Positions 16,927 through 24,000 of a stretch of DNA of 24,000 nt are shown in pieces. Position 1 is the stretch's first letter; each line of letters begins with the position of its first letter. The notes beneath the pieces were generated by a model. The model had not been told where the DNA came from. It worked only from the letters and a program-made list of their open reading frames with translations, and searched no databases. The position numbers and the translations under genes are program-made. Source of the stretch: Gemmatimonadaceae bacterium (GTDB lineage: Bacteria > Gemmatimonadota > Gemmatimonadetes > Gemmatimonadales > Gemmatimonadaceae); contig JACMME010000294.1 of assembly GCA_014379205.1 (NCBI GenBank), forward strand, positions 1-24,000, read 5' to 3'.

Positions 16927-18072
16927 ATGCGGATAGCATTTATCGGAGGGCGCGGCGTCGCGTCAAAGTACAGCGGCATTGAGACATACTACGAGGCCGT
17001 CGGTTCCGAACTGATTGGGCGGGGGCACCAGGTGACGGTGTACTGTCGATCGTACTTCACTCCAAAGATGGAGGAGTTTCGCGGGATGCGGATCGTCCGA
17101 ATTCCAACGCCGCGGTCGAAACATTTCGAGACTGTGATTCATAGCTTGCTGAGCACGATGCACGCGCTCGCGGCGCGCTACGACATAGTCCACTACCACG
17201 CACTCGGACCTTCCCTGTTCGTGCCCATCATCCGACTGTTCGGTGGCACCGCGGTAGTGTCAGTGCAGGGACTGGATTGGCGGCGTGAGAAGTGGGGCTC
17301 CGTAGCGACAACCGTACTCCGGATTTGCGAGCGCACGGCGGTATGGTTTCCACAGGCGACCATTGTCGTGTCTCGCGCACTCCAGCAGCACTACATCAAG
17401 GCGCACCACGCGGTTACGCACTACGTGCCCAACGGCATCCACGCAACCGAGCGCCGCGAAGCAAATGCCATGCGTAGCTGGAATCTGGAGTCGAGGAAAT
17501 ACATACTCTTCGTAGGTCGGTTCTCGCCCGAGAAGAACTGTCATCTGCTCATCGAGGCGTTTCGTGCGCTCGACACCGACGTAAAGCTCGTATTTGCTGG
17601 CGACGGTCCGGCGCACGATCCTTACGTTCAACGAATCAAGGCCGCGGAAAATGAACGCATCCTGTTCCTGGGATACGTGAGCGGCGAGCCGCTGCAAGAG
17701 CTCCTCAGCAACGCGGCAATCTTCGTACTTCCCTCCACTATCGAGGGACTGTCCATAGCGCTCCTCGAGGCGATGAGTTATGGCAATTGCGTCGTCACCA
17801 GTGATATCCCCGAGAATCGCGAGCTGGTGGATGACGTTGGATACACGTTCGAGAACGGCAATGCAAGCGACCTCGCGCGTGTGCTCGGCACTCTGCTCAA
17901 GGATCCCGCGGCGCGCGCTGAGGCCGGCGCCCGGGCCAAGGAGCGAGTGGATGCCCAATACCGCTGGTCCGAGATCGCTGAGCAAACCGAGAACATCTAT
18001 CGATCGCTCGCGAGTGGCACGATCGTGCCAAAAGCATCGACCGATAATCCGGTCGCTCTCCCTCGAACATGA
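16927..18072 (+). CDS. Glycosyltransferase family 4 (GT-B) with a DUF1972-type N-domain (WchF/RgpA-like)
   Basis: The N-terminus MRIAFIGGRGVASKYSGIETYYEAVGSELIGRGHQVTVYC matches the DUF1972 pattern as I remember it from rhamnosyl/glycosyl transferases acting on lipid-linked primers. Core FVGRFSPEKNCHLLIEAF...IFVLPSTIEGLSIALLEAMSYGNCVVTSDIPENRELV. GAGGAG (16919-16924) precedes the ATG. Confidence 0.85.
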   Translation: MRIAFIGGRGVASKYSGIETYYEAVGSELIGRGHQVTVYCRSYFTPKMEEFRGMRIVRIPTPRSKHFETVIHSLLSTMHALAARYDIVHYHALGPSLFVPIIRLFGGTAVVSVQGLDWRREKWGSVATTVLRICERTAVWFPQATIVVSRALQQHYIKAHHAVTHYVPNGIHATERREANAMRSWNLESRKYILFVGRFSPEKNCHLLIEAFRALDTDVKLVFAGDGPAHDPYVQRIKAAENERILFLGYVSGEPLQELLSNAAIFVLPSTIEGLSIALLEAMSYGNCVVTSDIPENRELVDDVGYTFENGNASDLARVLGTLLKDPAARAEAGARAKERVDAQYRWSEIAEQTENIYRSLASGTIVPKASTDNPVALPRT

Positions 18073-18142
18073 ATGGCAGGACGGCGTCAGCCAATCCTCG
18101 CAGCGGAAGACTCGACCAAGCGAGACCGCTACTCGACCGTAA

Positions 18143-19279
18143 TCAGCGCGGGGCGACCGCCGCGTAGCTTCCAACACTTCCGGCGATCCGCAAGTCATCG
18201 AAGTAAGCGACGCGCGTGGGCTGACTCCATACACCGCCGGGATTGCTCCACATCCATTTGTAGATCCCAGCCATGAAGTAGAGTGGGCGTCGGTCGTTGT
18301 ATGTGTTAGGACCGGTCCGGGAAACGACCCTTTGCCCGTCCTTCCAGATCTCCAGCAGTCCATCAGCTCCATACGACCACTTCACGTGGACTACCCAGTC
18401 CGTCCAGCGTCCGCGCGAGAAAGCACCGCGCCAGAGCACCATACGCCCACCTGGAGCGGCGGGTGCGCCTTTCGTGAGTTCCGACACGGCGTTTGGATCC
18501 CAGTAGTTCCAGATGCTCCACTCGCCTTTGTCGATCCATATCGCGAGCGGCGGAGGCGTGTAGCGCTCACCCAGCTCAGTGTCCGGGAGGTTGTGCCATT
18601 GCGCGAGAATCTGGTAGTCCTCCCGGTTGACATCCACTTGCCAGCTGTCGGGTATGTAGATTCTCAGTCCGTACCACCGTTCGCTCCCAACGCCTCCCAC
18701 GATGTTTCCGGAGGTTACGCGCAACTCGGATCGTTTGCTCGCTCCCGCGACTGGGTCGGTCGCCCGTAATTCCGCACGAGCCGAATACAATCCTGAGCGC
18801 TGCATTTCCTGTTGCACTCTCACCGAGTGAGCGCAACATCCCACCTTGAAAAGCTCGCCTACGGTACCACTCTCGAACCCCTCGTGAAAGGAGATGTTAT
18901 CCGGAGGAACGAGAACAACTGCCGACGTATCCGCCTGGCCTGTTACTGGATCTCGAGCGACAACCTGCCAGCTGCCTGCTTTGCTTCCCGCCGAGTACAG
19001 ACCTGCCGTTGAAACGATGCCGTAAGTCGTGGAGAAAACAACGTTCGCCGGAGAACGTGTGCCGTCGGCCGATACTTTCGTCGCGGTGAACAGTTGCTTT
19101 CCCGCTGACCGAAGGATGACCACGTCAGGAGTAAGCACGAGACGAGGCGGTACGGCAAGCGTGCGACTCGGCAGTGGTCTGACAGCCGTGTCCTCGGGTC
19201 GCTGCACAGCCATGGTCTCTTCAGTGCAGGCGGTGGCAAAAGCGAGCGCGGTCACAATTATTAGTCGACGAAAGCGCAT
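18143..19279 (-). CDS. Predicted lipoprotein: Ig-like (Big_2-type) domain plus polysaccharide-lyase-like beta-jelly-roll (heparin lyase I-like, PF14099-type)
   Basis: I chose the start at ATG 19279 (MRFRRLIIVTALAFATAC), preceded by GGAG. The lipobox-compatible FATA|C is followed by an Ig-like segment (LVLTPDVVILRSAGKQLFTATKVSADG...WQVVARDPVTGQADTSAVVLV). The jelly-roll pattern then reads FHEGFESG...KRSELRV...ERWYGLRIYIPDSW...YQILAQWHNLPD...PPPLAIWIDKGEWSI...GRWTDWVVHVKWSYGADGLLEIWKDGQRVV...YFMAGIYKW. Confidence 0.7.
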   Translation of the reverse strand: MRFRRLIIVTALAFATACTEETMAVQRPEDTAVRPLPSRTLAVPPRLVLTPDVVILRSAGKQLFTATKVSADGTRSPANVVFSTTYGIVSTAGLYSAGSKAGSWQVVARDPVTGQADTSAVVLVPPDNISFHEGFESGTVGELFKVGCCAHSVRVQQEMQRSGLYSARAELRATDPVAGASKRSELRVTSGNIVGGVGSERWYGLRIYIPDSWQVDVNREDYQILAQWHNLPDTELGERYTPPPLAIWIDKGEWSIWNYWDPNAVSELTKGAPAAPGGRMVLWRGAFSRGRWTDWVVHVKWSYGADGLLEIWKDGQRVVSRTGPNTYNDRRPLYFMAGIYKWMWSNPGGVWSQPTRVAYFDDLRIAGSVGSYAAVAPR

Positions 19280-19465
19280 TATATCGGCTCCGGAAGGTGA
19301 CAGAAGGGGTGCAGGCTCCAACTCCCTCTACTAGTGGCGTGCCCGCGTCCAACTCTCCTTGTCATCAACGACCGAGACCTCGATGCAGTAACCAAGTACC
19401 GAAAGCTTTGAAACTGAGGCAACCGTAAACCCTCTCAACAATTGTGGTTGCGGCATCGGACGCCG

Positions 19466-19494
19466 TTGACCGATAATGCAAAAGTTGCTTTATT
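19466..19494 (+). promoter_or_regulatory. Candidate sigma70-type promoter for the asnB-like unit
   Basis: TTGACC (19466-19471), a 17-nt spacer, then TTTATT (19489-19494). It sits in a locally AT-richer patch about 145 nt upstream of ATG 19639. This is a pattern match only, and the promoter consensus of this organism is unknown. Confidence 0.25.
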
Positions 19495-19638
19495 GATACG
19501 CGCTCCGCAGGCGCCACCGTACCCCTGTCCGTGCGTTCTCCGGAACTCGGCGCTTACGCACCCGAGTGCGATACATCGCCTGACTTCATTTCCAGTGTTA
19601 CCGCTCCCGCACCCTAACCGGCTTCCAAGCGAGTCACA

Positions 19639-21528
19639 ATGTGTGGCATTGCTGGCATCGTGGGTTCTTCTCCGCTCGCAAACCGCGAACAGCTGATTCG
19701 CGGCATGTGCGAATCAATGACGCACCGCGGACCTGATGACTCCGGTACCTTTGTCAGCGATGAGGTAGCGCTGGGCCAAGCCCGGTTGAGCATCATAGAT
19801 CTCCCAGGCGGACATCAGCCGCTCAGCAACGAGGATGCGACCGTGTGGGTGACCTTCAATGGAGAGATTTACAACTATAAGGAGCTTCGCAGTGAACTAA
19901 GCAAAACACATCGATTGACCACCTTGGGTGACACGGAAGTTCTCGTACACCTTTATGAGGACTTCGGAATAAACATGGTCAAGCGATTGAACGGGATGTT
20001 CGCCTTCGGGCTGTGGGATGCTCGTCTTCATAGCTTGTTCCTGGTGCGCGACCGCCTGGGCATCAAGCCCCTCTACTACGCAATGTACGACGGCCGAGTG
20101 GCCTTTGCATCTGAGCTGAAAGCGCTGCTCCGACTGCCCTTCGTCCCGCGGGATCTCGACGCCGAGGCTCTCGCCGAGTACCTCACCCTCGGCTACATCA
20201 CCGACCCGCACACTCCGTTCGCTCACATACGCAAACTTTCGTGCGGATCGATCCTGGAGATCCACGAGGGGCAGGCAACGGAAAGGCGCTATTGGGAAGT
20301 GCCAGTGCCGGAGTCTGACAGCAAGGCATCACTCGACGACCTGTGCGAAGAGATACGCGCGCTCCTCGAGGATGCCACCCGACTTCAATTGCGCGCGGAT
20401 GTGCCGGTCGGCGTATTCGCCAGCGGCGGGATTGATTCGACTGCGATCATGTGGGCGGCCTCTCGACAAGGAGTCTCGCTGGAAGCCTTTCTCTGCGAAT
20501 TTGACGATCTCAAAAAGGACACCCCCTACGCCCGAGTGGCGGCGGCGGCCACAGGCATGCGGCTCACAGAGAGCCAACTCTCCCAGGCGGACGCCGGGCG
20601 CCTCCTTCCGCATCTCGTTTGGCACCTTGATGAGCCTCATGCTGACCCCTCCCTAATCCCGTGCTACATGATAGCGCGCGAGGCCGCGGCCCACGTGAAG
20701 GTCATTCTGAACGGTACGGGTGGCGATGAACTCTTCGGGGGATATGCGCGCTATGCAGTGCGTGGCGCAGTGCCGGCAAAGTGGTCCGCTCGTTCGGGAC
20801 GAGTAATCTCCCGGTTCGCCAACTCACACTCGATGGCGAGAAAGCTCGCGGCAGGGCTCGACTTTCGTCATCGCTATGTCCGTCGGATGTCGATGGTGTT
20901 GCCAGAGACTGAAGCACGAACCGCGCTTGGGTTGCCTGCACAGGGCGGAAAAGTCGAACGAATGACAGATGCGCTGTTCGCGCAGGCCGCCAGCAGCGAC
21001 CCTGCGGGAGCAATGATGCACGTCGACCTTAACGTGTATCTCCCGGGTGATCTGCTGATGTTGCTTGACAAGATGACGATGGCCGTGTCACTCGAGTCGC
21101 GCGTCCCACTACTCGATCATCGACTCGTCGAGTTCGCCGCGCGATTACCCGGCGCCCTGAAGATGCAGGGTGGCGAGCTGAAGTTTCTCTTGCGACGCGC
21201 GCTGCGTAAACATGTCCCAGACGCCATCCTCGATCGTCCTAAACAAGGCTTCGGTCCGCCCGTTGCCAGCTGGATGCGTGCCGAGCTCGGAGCCGATGCC
21301 ATCCAACTCCTTACGCACTCCGATTCGCGCGTCGGCGAGCTTATGGGACGTGATCGTATCGGTGCGTGGATTCGCGCGGGCAGAACTGATATCTCGAGAA
21401 CAGATGCCATCCGGCTTTGGGCGCTCCTCGTGCTCGAGCTCTGGCTGCGAACCTTTGTGGACGGTGAAGATCTGCGTGACGCTGACGTCGGGTCTCTGGC
21501 AGGTGCTGGAGGGGCACGGTGGACGTAG
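19639..21528 (+). CDS. asnB: Asparagine synthase (glutamine-hydrolysing) family amidotransferase, polysaccharide-locus paralog
   Basis: N-terminal Ntn nucleophile MCGIAGIVG. GATase-2 blocks RGPDDSG, LSIIDL, NGEIYNY, GDTEVL, GMFAFGLWD, RDRLGIKPLYY. PP-loop SGGIDS at nt 20422-20439. C-terminal block LPGDLLMLLDKMTMAVSLESRVPLLDHRLVEF. Confidence 0.9.
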   Translation: MCGIAGIVGSSPLANREQLIRGMCESMTHRGPDDSGTFVSDEVALGQARLSIIDLPGGHQPLSNEDATVWVTFNGEIYNYKELRSELSKTHRLTTLGDTEVLVHLYEDFGINMVKRLNGMFAFGLWDARLHSLFLVRDRLGIKPLYYAMYDGRVAFASELKALLRLPFVPRDLDAEALAEYLTLGYITDPHTPFAHIRKLSCGSILEIHEGQATERRYWEVPVPESDSKASLDDLCEEIRALLEDATRLQLRADVPVGVFASGGIDSTAIMWAASRQGVSLEAFLCEFDDLKKDTPYARVAAAATGMRLTESQLSQADAGRLLPHLVWHLDEPHADPSLIPCYMIAREAAAHVKVILNGTGGDELFGGYARYAVRGAVPAKWSARSGRVISRFANSHSMARKLAAGLDFRHRYVRRMSMVLPETEARTALGLPAQGGKVERMTDALFAQAASSDPAGAMMHVDLNVYLPGDLLMLLDKMTMAVSLESRVPLLDHRLVEFAARLPGALKMQGGELKFLLRRALRKHVPDAILDRPKQGFGPPVASWMRAELGADAIQLLTHSDSRVGELMGRDRIGAWIRAGRTDISRTDAIRLWALLVLELWLRTFVDGEDLRDADVGSLAGAGGARWT

Positions 21529-21533
21529 CACTA

Positions 21534-22778
21534 ATGCTTTGCTACTTCTTCCCACCCATCGGCGGTGGTGGTGTTCAGCGAAGTACCAAATTCGCGAAGT
21601 ATCTTCCGGCTCATGGCTGGCGTCCTGCAATCGTCGCTGCCAAGCCGAACGGCCGAAATGTGATCGAGAATGGACGCGACGAGTCACTGCTGTCCGATGT
21701 GCTTCCCGGGACGGAGGTTGTACGGACTGCTAGCGTTGAGTTCGCCGGCATCTTCGCGCTGTTGAATCGGCTTCGCGCTCGTAAGCTGATAGTGAACGCC
21801 GAGCGGATGATTCCGCTGCTGCCGACGAACTACAAGATAGGGTGGTATCCGTCGGCGCTGCGCGCGGCACGGCGTATCGCATCGACAGGAAACGTTGGGG
21901 TAATCTACAGCAGCTCACCTCCGTACTCAGCTCACTTCGTGGCACGCGCATTACAGCGGGAGCGGAGCATACCATGGGTGGCGGACTTCCGGGACGCGTG
22001 GACGCAGATAGCTACGTACCGTCCCCCGTGGCAAGCCCATGCCCGCCTCGAGAGGCGGTTGGAAGGCGGGATCCTTCGAGACGCCGACGTCGTTATTGCC
22101 AATACTCCGCGCAACCGCCAGGCGATGATCGATGCATTCGGAATTTCCGCCAATAAGATCAGCGTGATTCCAAATGGATTCGATCCAGCGGATTTCGAGA
22201 CCGCAACGCCAGTACCGATCGATTTGTCTCGCTTCCGGGTGACATGCCTCGGCAATTTCTACGAAATGCCCCACGCGGACCGCTTCTTCAGGGCATTTCG
22301 ACGATTCGCTGACGACCAGCCCGAGGCAAGCCTCTCCCTGTACGGTTGGCAAGCGCGCGGGGTCCGAAACGCGGCGGAGTCGCTTCTCCTCCCTGGCACG
22401 TGGCACCGCTCCGACCGGATCGATCACAACGAAGCGGTGCGAGTGATGCGAGCGTCGTCGGTACTCCTGGCCAACTTGCCGAATGAGAATGCGAGGCACT
22501 GGGTTCCGGGCAAGCTCTACGAGTACATGGCAGCGGGACGTCCTGTGCTGTTCATCGGGCCCAGCGACGGCGATGCGGCAGCCGTAATTCGCGAGGCCGG
22601 CGCGGGCGAGGTTGTGTGCAACGACGAAGACCACATCTACAACTCTCTCCTACGGCTGTACCGTGCATGGCAAAAGGGGGATTGGAGTCCGCATGGGTCG
22701 GCTTTACAGCGCTTCGATCGGCGCGTTCAGACTGCTCTCCTAGCTCGTATCTTCGACACGGTCGCCGGACGATCGTGA
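21534..22778 (+). CDS. GT-B fold glycosyltransferase (GT4-like, Glyco_trans_4 N-domain)
   Basis: N-terminus (MDVAL)MLCYFFPPIGGGGVQRSTKFAKYLPAHGWRPAIVAAK. Other blocks: VIYSSSPPYSAHFVA, PWVADFRDAW, ADVVIANTP, and the C-terminal GKLYEYMAAGRPVLFIGPSDGDAAAVIREAGAGEVV. The start is ATG 21534 (5 nt after the asnB stop) or GTG 21519 (10-nt overlap). Confidence 0.75.
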   Translation: MLCYFFPPIGGGGVQRSTKFAKYLPAHGWRPAIVAAKPNGRNVIENGRDESLLSDVLPGTEVVRTASVEFAGIFALLNRLRARKLIVNAERMIPLLPTNYKIGWYPSALRAARRIASTGNVGVIYSSSPPYSAHFVARALQRERSIPWVADFRDAWTQIATYRPPWQAHARLERRLEGGILRDADVVIANTPRNRQAMIDAFGISANKISVIPNGFDPADFETATPVPIDLSRFRVTCLGNFYEMPHADRFFRAFRRFADDQPEASLSLYGWQARGVRNAAESLLLPGTWHRSDRIDHNEAVRVMRASSVLLANLPNENARHWVPGKLYEYMAAGRPVLFIGPSDGDAAAVIREAGAGEVVCNDEDHIYNSLLRLYRAWQKGDWSPHGSALQRFDRRVQTALLARIFDTVAGRS

Positions 22779-22860
22779 CCACGATCGCGCGCCGATGACT
22801 TCGTCACCGGTCGCTCCGCCTGCGCAGATGGGACGGCCTGGAGGAACAGAGGGCGCGGCA

Positions 22861-24000
22861 ATGTCTGGGCGTGTTTTGCGCGCCATCATCATCTCTTACG
22901 TCGGCTTCGTCGCGTCCTTTCTGTCCAGCATTGTCCTGGCGCGTGCCCTGGGTGCTGAGGGAAAGGGTGCGTTCAGCCTGTTCCAGGCCAGCATTGCGAC
23001 CGTCACAGTATTCGCGGGCTTCGGAATTGGACATGGACAGATGTACCATGCCGCCAAGGAACCTGGCCGGCTCCCGAACTTCATGCCCAATGGCCTTATC
23101 GTGTCGTTGGTCCTCGGAGGTGGCTCGGCGGCGCTCTACTTCCTTGCCGGCTGGGTCTTCAACATTCAGGTCGTGGCGACTCTCGGGTGGCGCGCTGTCA
23201 TAGCTGGTGTTCTGTGCGTGCCGGTGCTCGCGCTGCTCAACTTTCAGCGACAGTACCTCCTCGTCACACACGAATACCCGCTCGCCAAGGTAAGTACGGC
23301 TCTCAACCTCGCCTCACCTCTGTTCGCCTTTGCATTGGTGTACCTGCTCGGGCGCGTCACGGTGGGAGACCTGGTTATCGCGTTCGTCGCGACCCAGTTT
23401 GCCTGCGCCATTGTCTTCCAGATTCTGCTCGCTCGCCGCACCCGCATTATCGGTCCGTTCTCCCCCGAATTCGCGCGTAAGTCCGCTCGGTTTGGCATGC
23501 TTCAGTACCTCAGCGACCTCGCGCTGGCGCTCACGAGCAGGCTCGACTTTTTCCTTGTCGCGTACCTGCTCGGTAAATCGGCGCTCGGCATTTACTCGGT
23601 GGCGGTGGGCCTGGCCGAAGTCGTGTCGCGTCTGCCTAGTGAGCTTGGAACAATGCTCTTCCCGGCGTTCGCATCCGGCAAGGTGCCCGAAGGCCATGCG
23701 GCTGCAATCGTGCGTCGTGTCTTTCTCATGGGCGTCGTAATCTCGGTCCTCCTGGTGTTGATCTCCGAGCCACTCGTACTGCTACTCTATGGAAATCGCT
23801 TTAGTGAGGCAGTCGTGGCCTTTCGCTGGTTGCTTCTCGCCACCGTCGCATGGAGTACGATCTTCGTGACCTGGAATCACGCGTCTGCCGGCGGTCGGCC
23901 GGGCGCTGGCATTCCGATTTTTGGAGCGGCAGCCGCGCTCGATGCGGTGCTCTGTTTTGTTCTGATTCCCCGCCTCGGTGTGCTTGGCGCAAGCCTGGCA
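22861..24000 (+). CDS. Wzx-type oligosaccharide flippase (MOP superfamily, Polysacc_synt family); 3' end beyond the window
   Basis: Absent from the track because it has no stop in the window. The frame is open from ATG 22861 through 24000, exactly 380 codons. It reads MSGRVLRAIIISYVGFVASFLSSIVLARALGAEGKGAFSLFQASIATVTVFAGFGIGHGQMYH...RFGMLQYLSDLALALTSRLDFFLVAYLLGKSALGIYSVAVGLAEVVSRLPSELGTMLFPAFAS... It is a multi-TM protein with the typical flippase N-terminus. In-frame upstream ATGs at 22795 and 22828 are alternative starts. Confidence 0.8.
   Translation, partial: MSGRVLRAIIISYVGFVASFLSSIVLARALGAEGKGAFSLFQASIATVTVFAGFGIGHGQMYHAAKEPGRLPNFMPNGLIVSLVLGGGSAALYFLAGWVFNIQVVATLGWRAVIAGVLCVPVLALLNFQRQYLLVTHEYPLAKVSTALNLASPLFAFALVYLLGRVTVGDLVIAFVATQFACAIVFQILLARRTRIIGPFSPEFARKSARFGMLQYLSDLALALTSRLDFFLVAYLLGKSALGIYSVAVGLAEVVSRLPSELGTMLFPAFASGKVPEGHAAAIVRRVFLMGVVISVLLVLISEPLVLLLYGNRFSEAVVAFRWLLLATVAWSTIFVTWNHASAGGRPGAGIPIFGAAAALDAVLCFVLIPRLGVLGASLA

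Noticed and set aside
18073-18142. Bidirectional terminator between the convergent GT and lyase-like genes
   Set aside because: The only pairing is a 7-bp stem with a mismatch (GCAGCGG/CCGCTAC) and a 19-nt loop, with no U-tract. It is not convincing as an intrinsic terminator.
17260-18372. 370-aa minus-strand ORF
   Set aside because: It is antisense to the DUF1972-type GT and runs through the convergent intergenic gap into another frame of the lyase-like gene. It has no recognisable motifs, so I treat it as a shadow ORF.
19280-19321. 14-codon extension of the lyase-like lipoprotein ORF
   Set aside because: ATG 19279 gives a canonical signal/lipobox N-terminus and has GGAG upstream. The extension would bury the signal peptide.
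1-24000. Search for CRISPR arrays, tRNA/rRNA genes, transposases or integrases, toxin-antitoxin systems, and defence-system signatures
   Set aside because: I found no regularly spaced repeats, no cloverleaf-compatible segments, and no ORFs with DDE, tyrosine-recombinase, nuclease/helicase or NTPase defence-type motifs. All long ORFs are accounted for by the features listed.

Overview
High-GC chromosomal window from a diderm bacterium; the phylum cannot be assigned from sequence alone. I found no rRNA, tRNA, CRISPR array, transposase or integrase, and no recognisable defence system. Left third (1-7.5 kb): housekeeping and nutrient-acquisition genes. These are a partial glpF (-), a nested palindromic REP/MITE-like element, a beta-lactamase-family serine hydrolase (+), a TonB-dependent receptor (+), and a minus-strand pair of a MatB-like acyl-CoA synthetase and an IT-superfamily (MatC/CitMHS-like) permease. 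The receptor gene is bracketed by about 55-bp diverged direct repeats, each carrying the 3' end of one neighbouring gene. Right two-thirds (7.9-24 kb): a Wzx/Wzy-type exopolysaccharide or capsule locus behind a 400-bp leader. Its order is a short Wza/OPX export protein, fused Wzc (chain-length determinant plus BY-kinase), an O-antigen-ligase/Wzy-like polymerase, a heparinase II/III-like protein, and three GT4 glycosyltransferases, mostly translationally coupled. Next comes an opposite-strand lipoprotein with an Ig-like domain and a heparin-lyase-I-like jelly-roll domain. A second plus-strand unit follows: an AsnB-like amidotransferase, a GT-B glycosyltransferase, and a partial Wzx flippase running off the right edge. 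The most interesting unexplained biology has two parts. First, two different lyase-fold proteins and an amidotransferase sit inside a biosynthetic locus, which suggests a uronate-containing, possibly epimerised or amidated polymer. Second, the repeats around the TonB receptor gene look like an insertion scar. All functional calls come from reading motifs by eye and from remembered family signatures; no database search was run.
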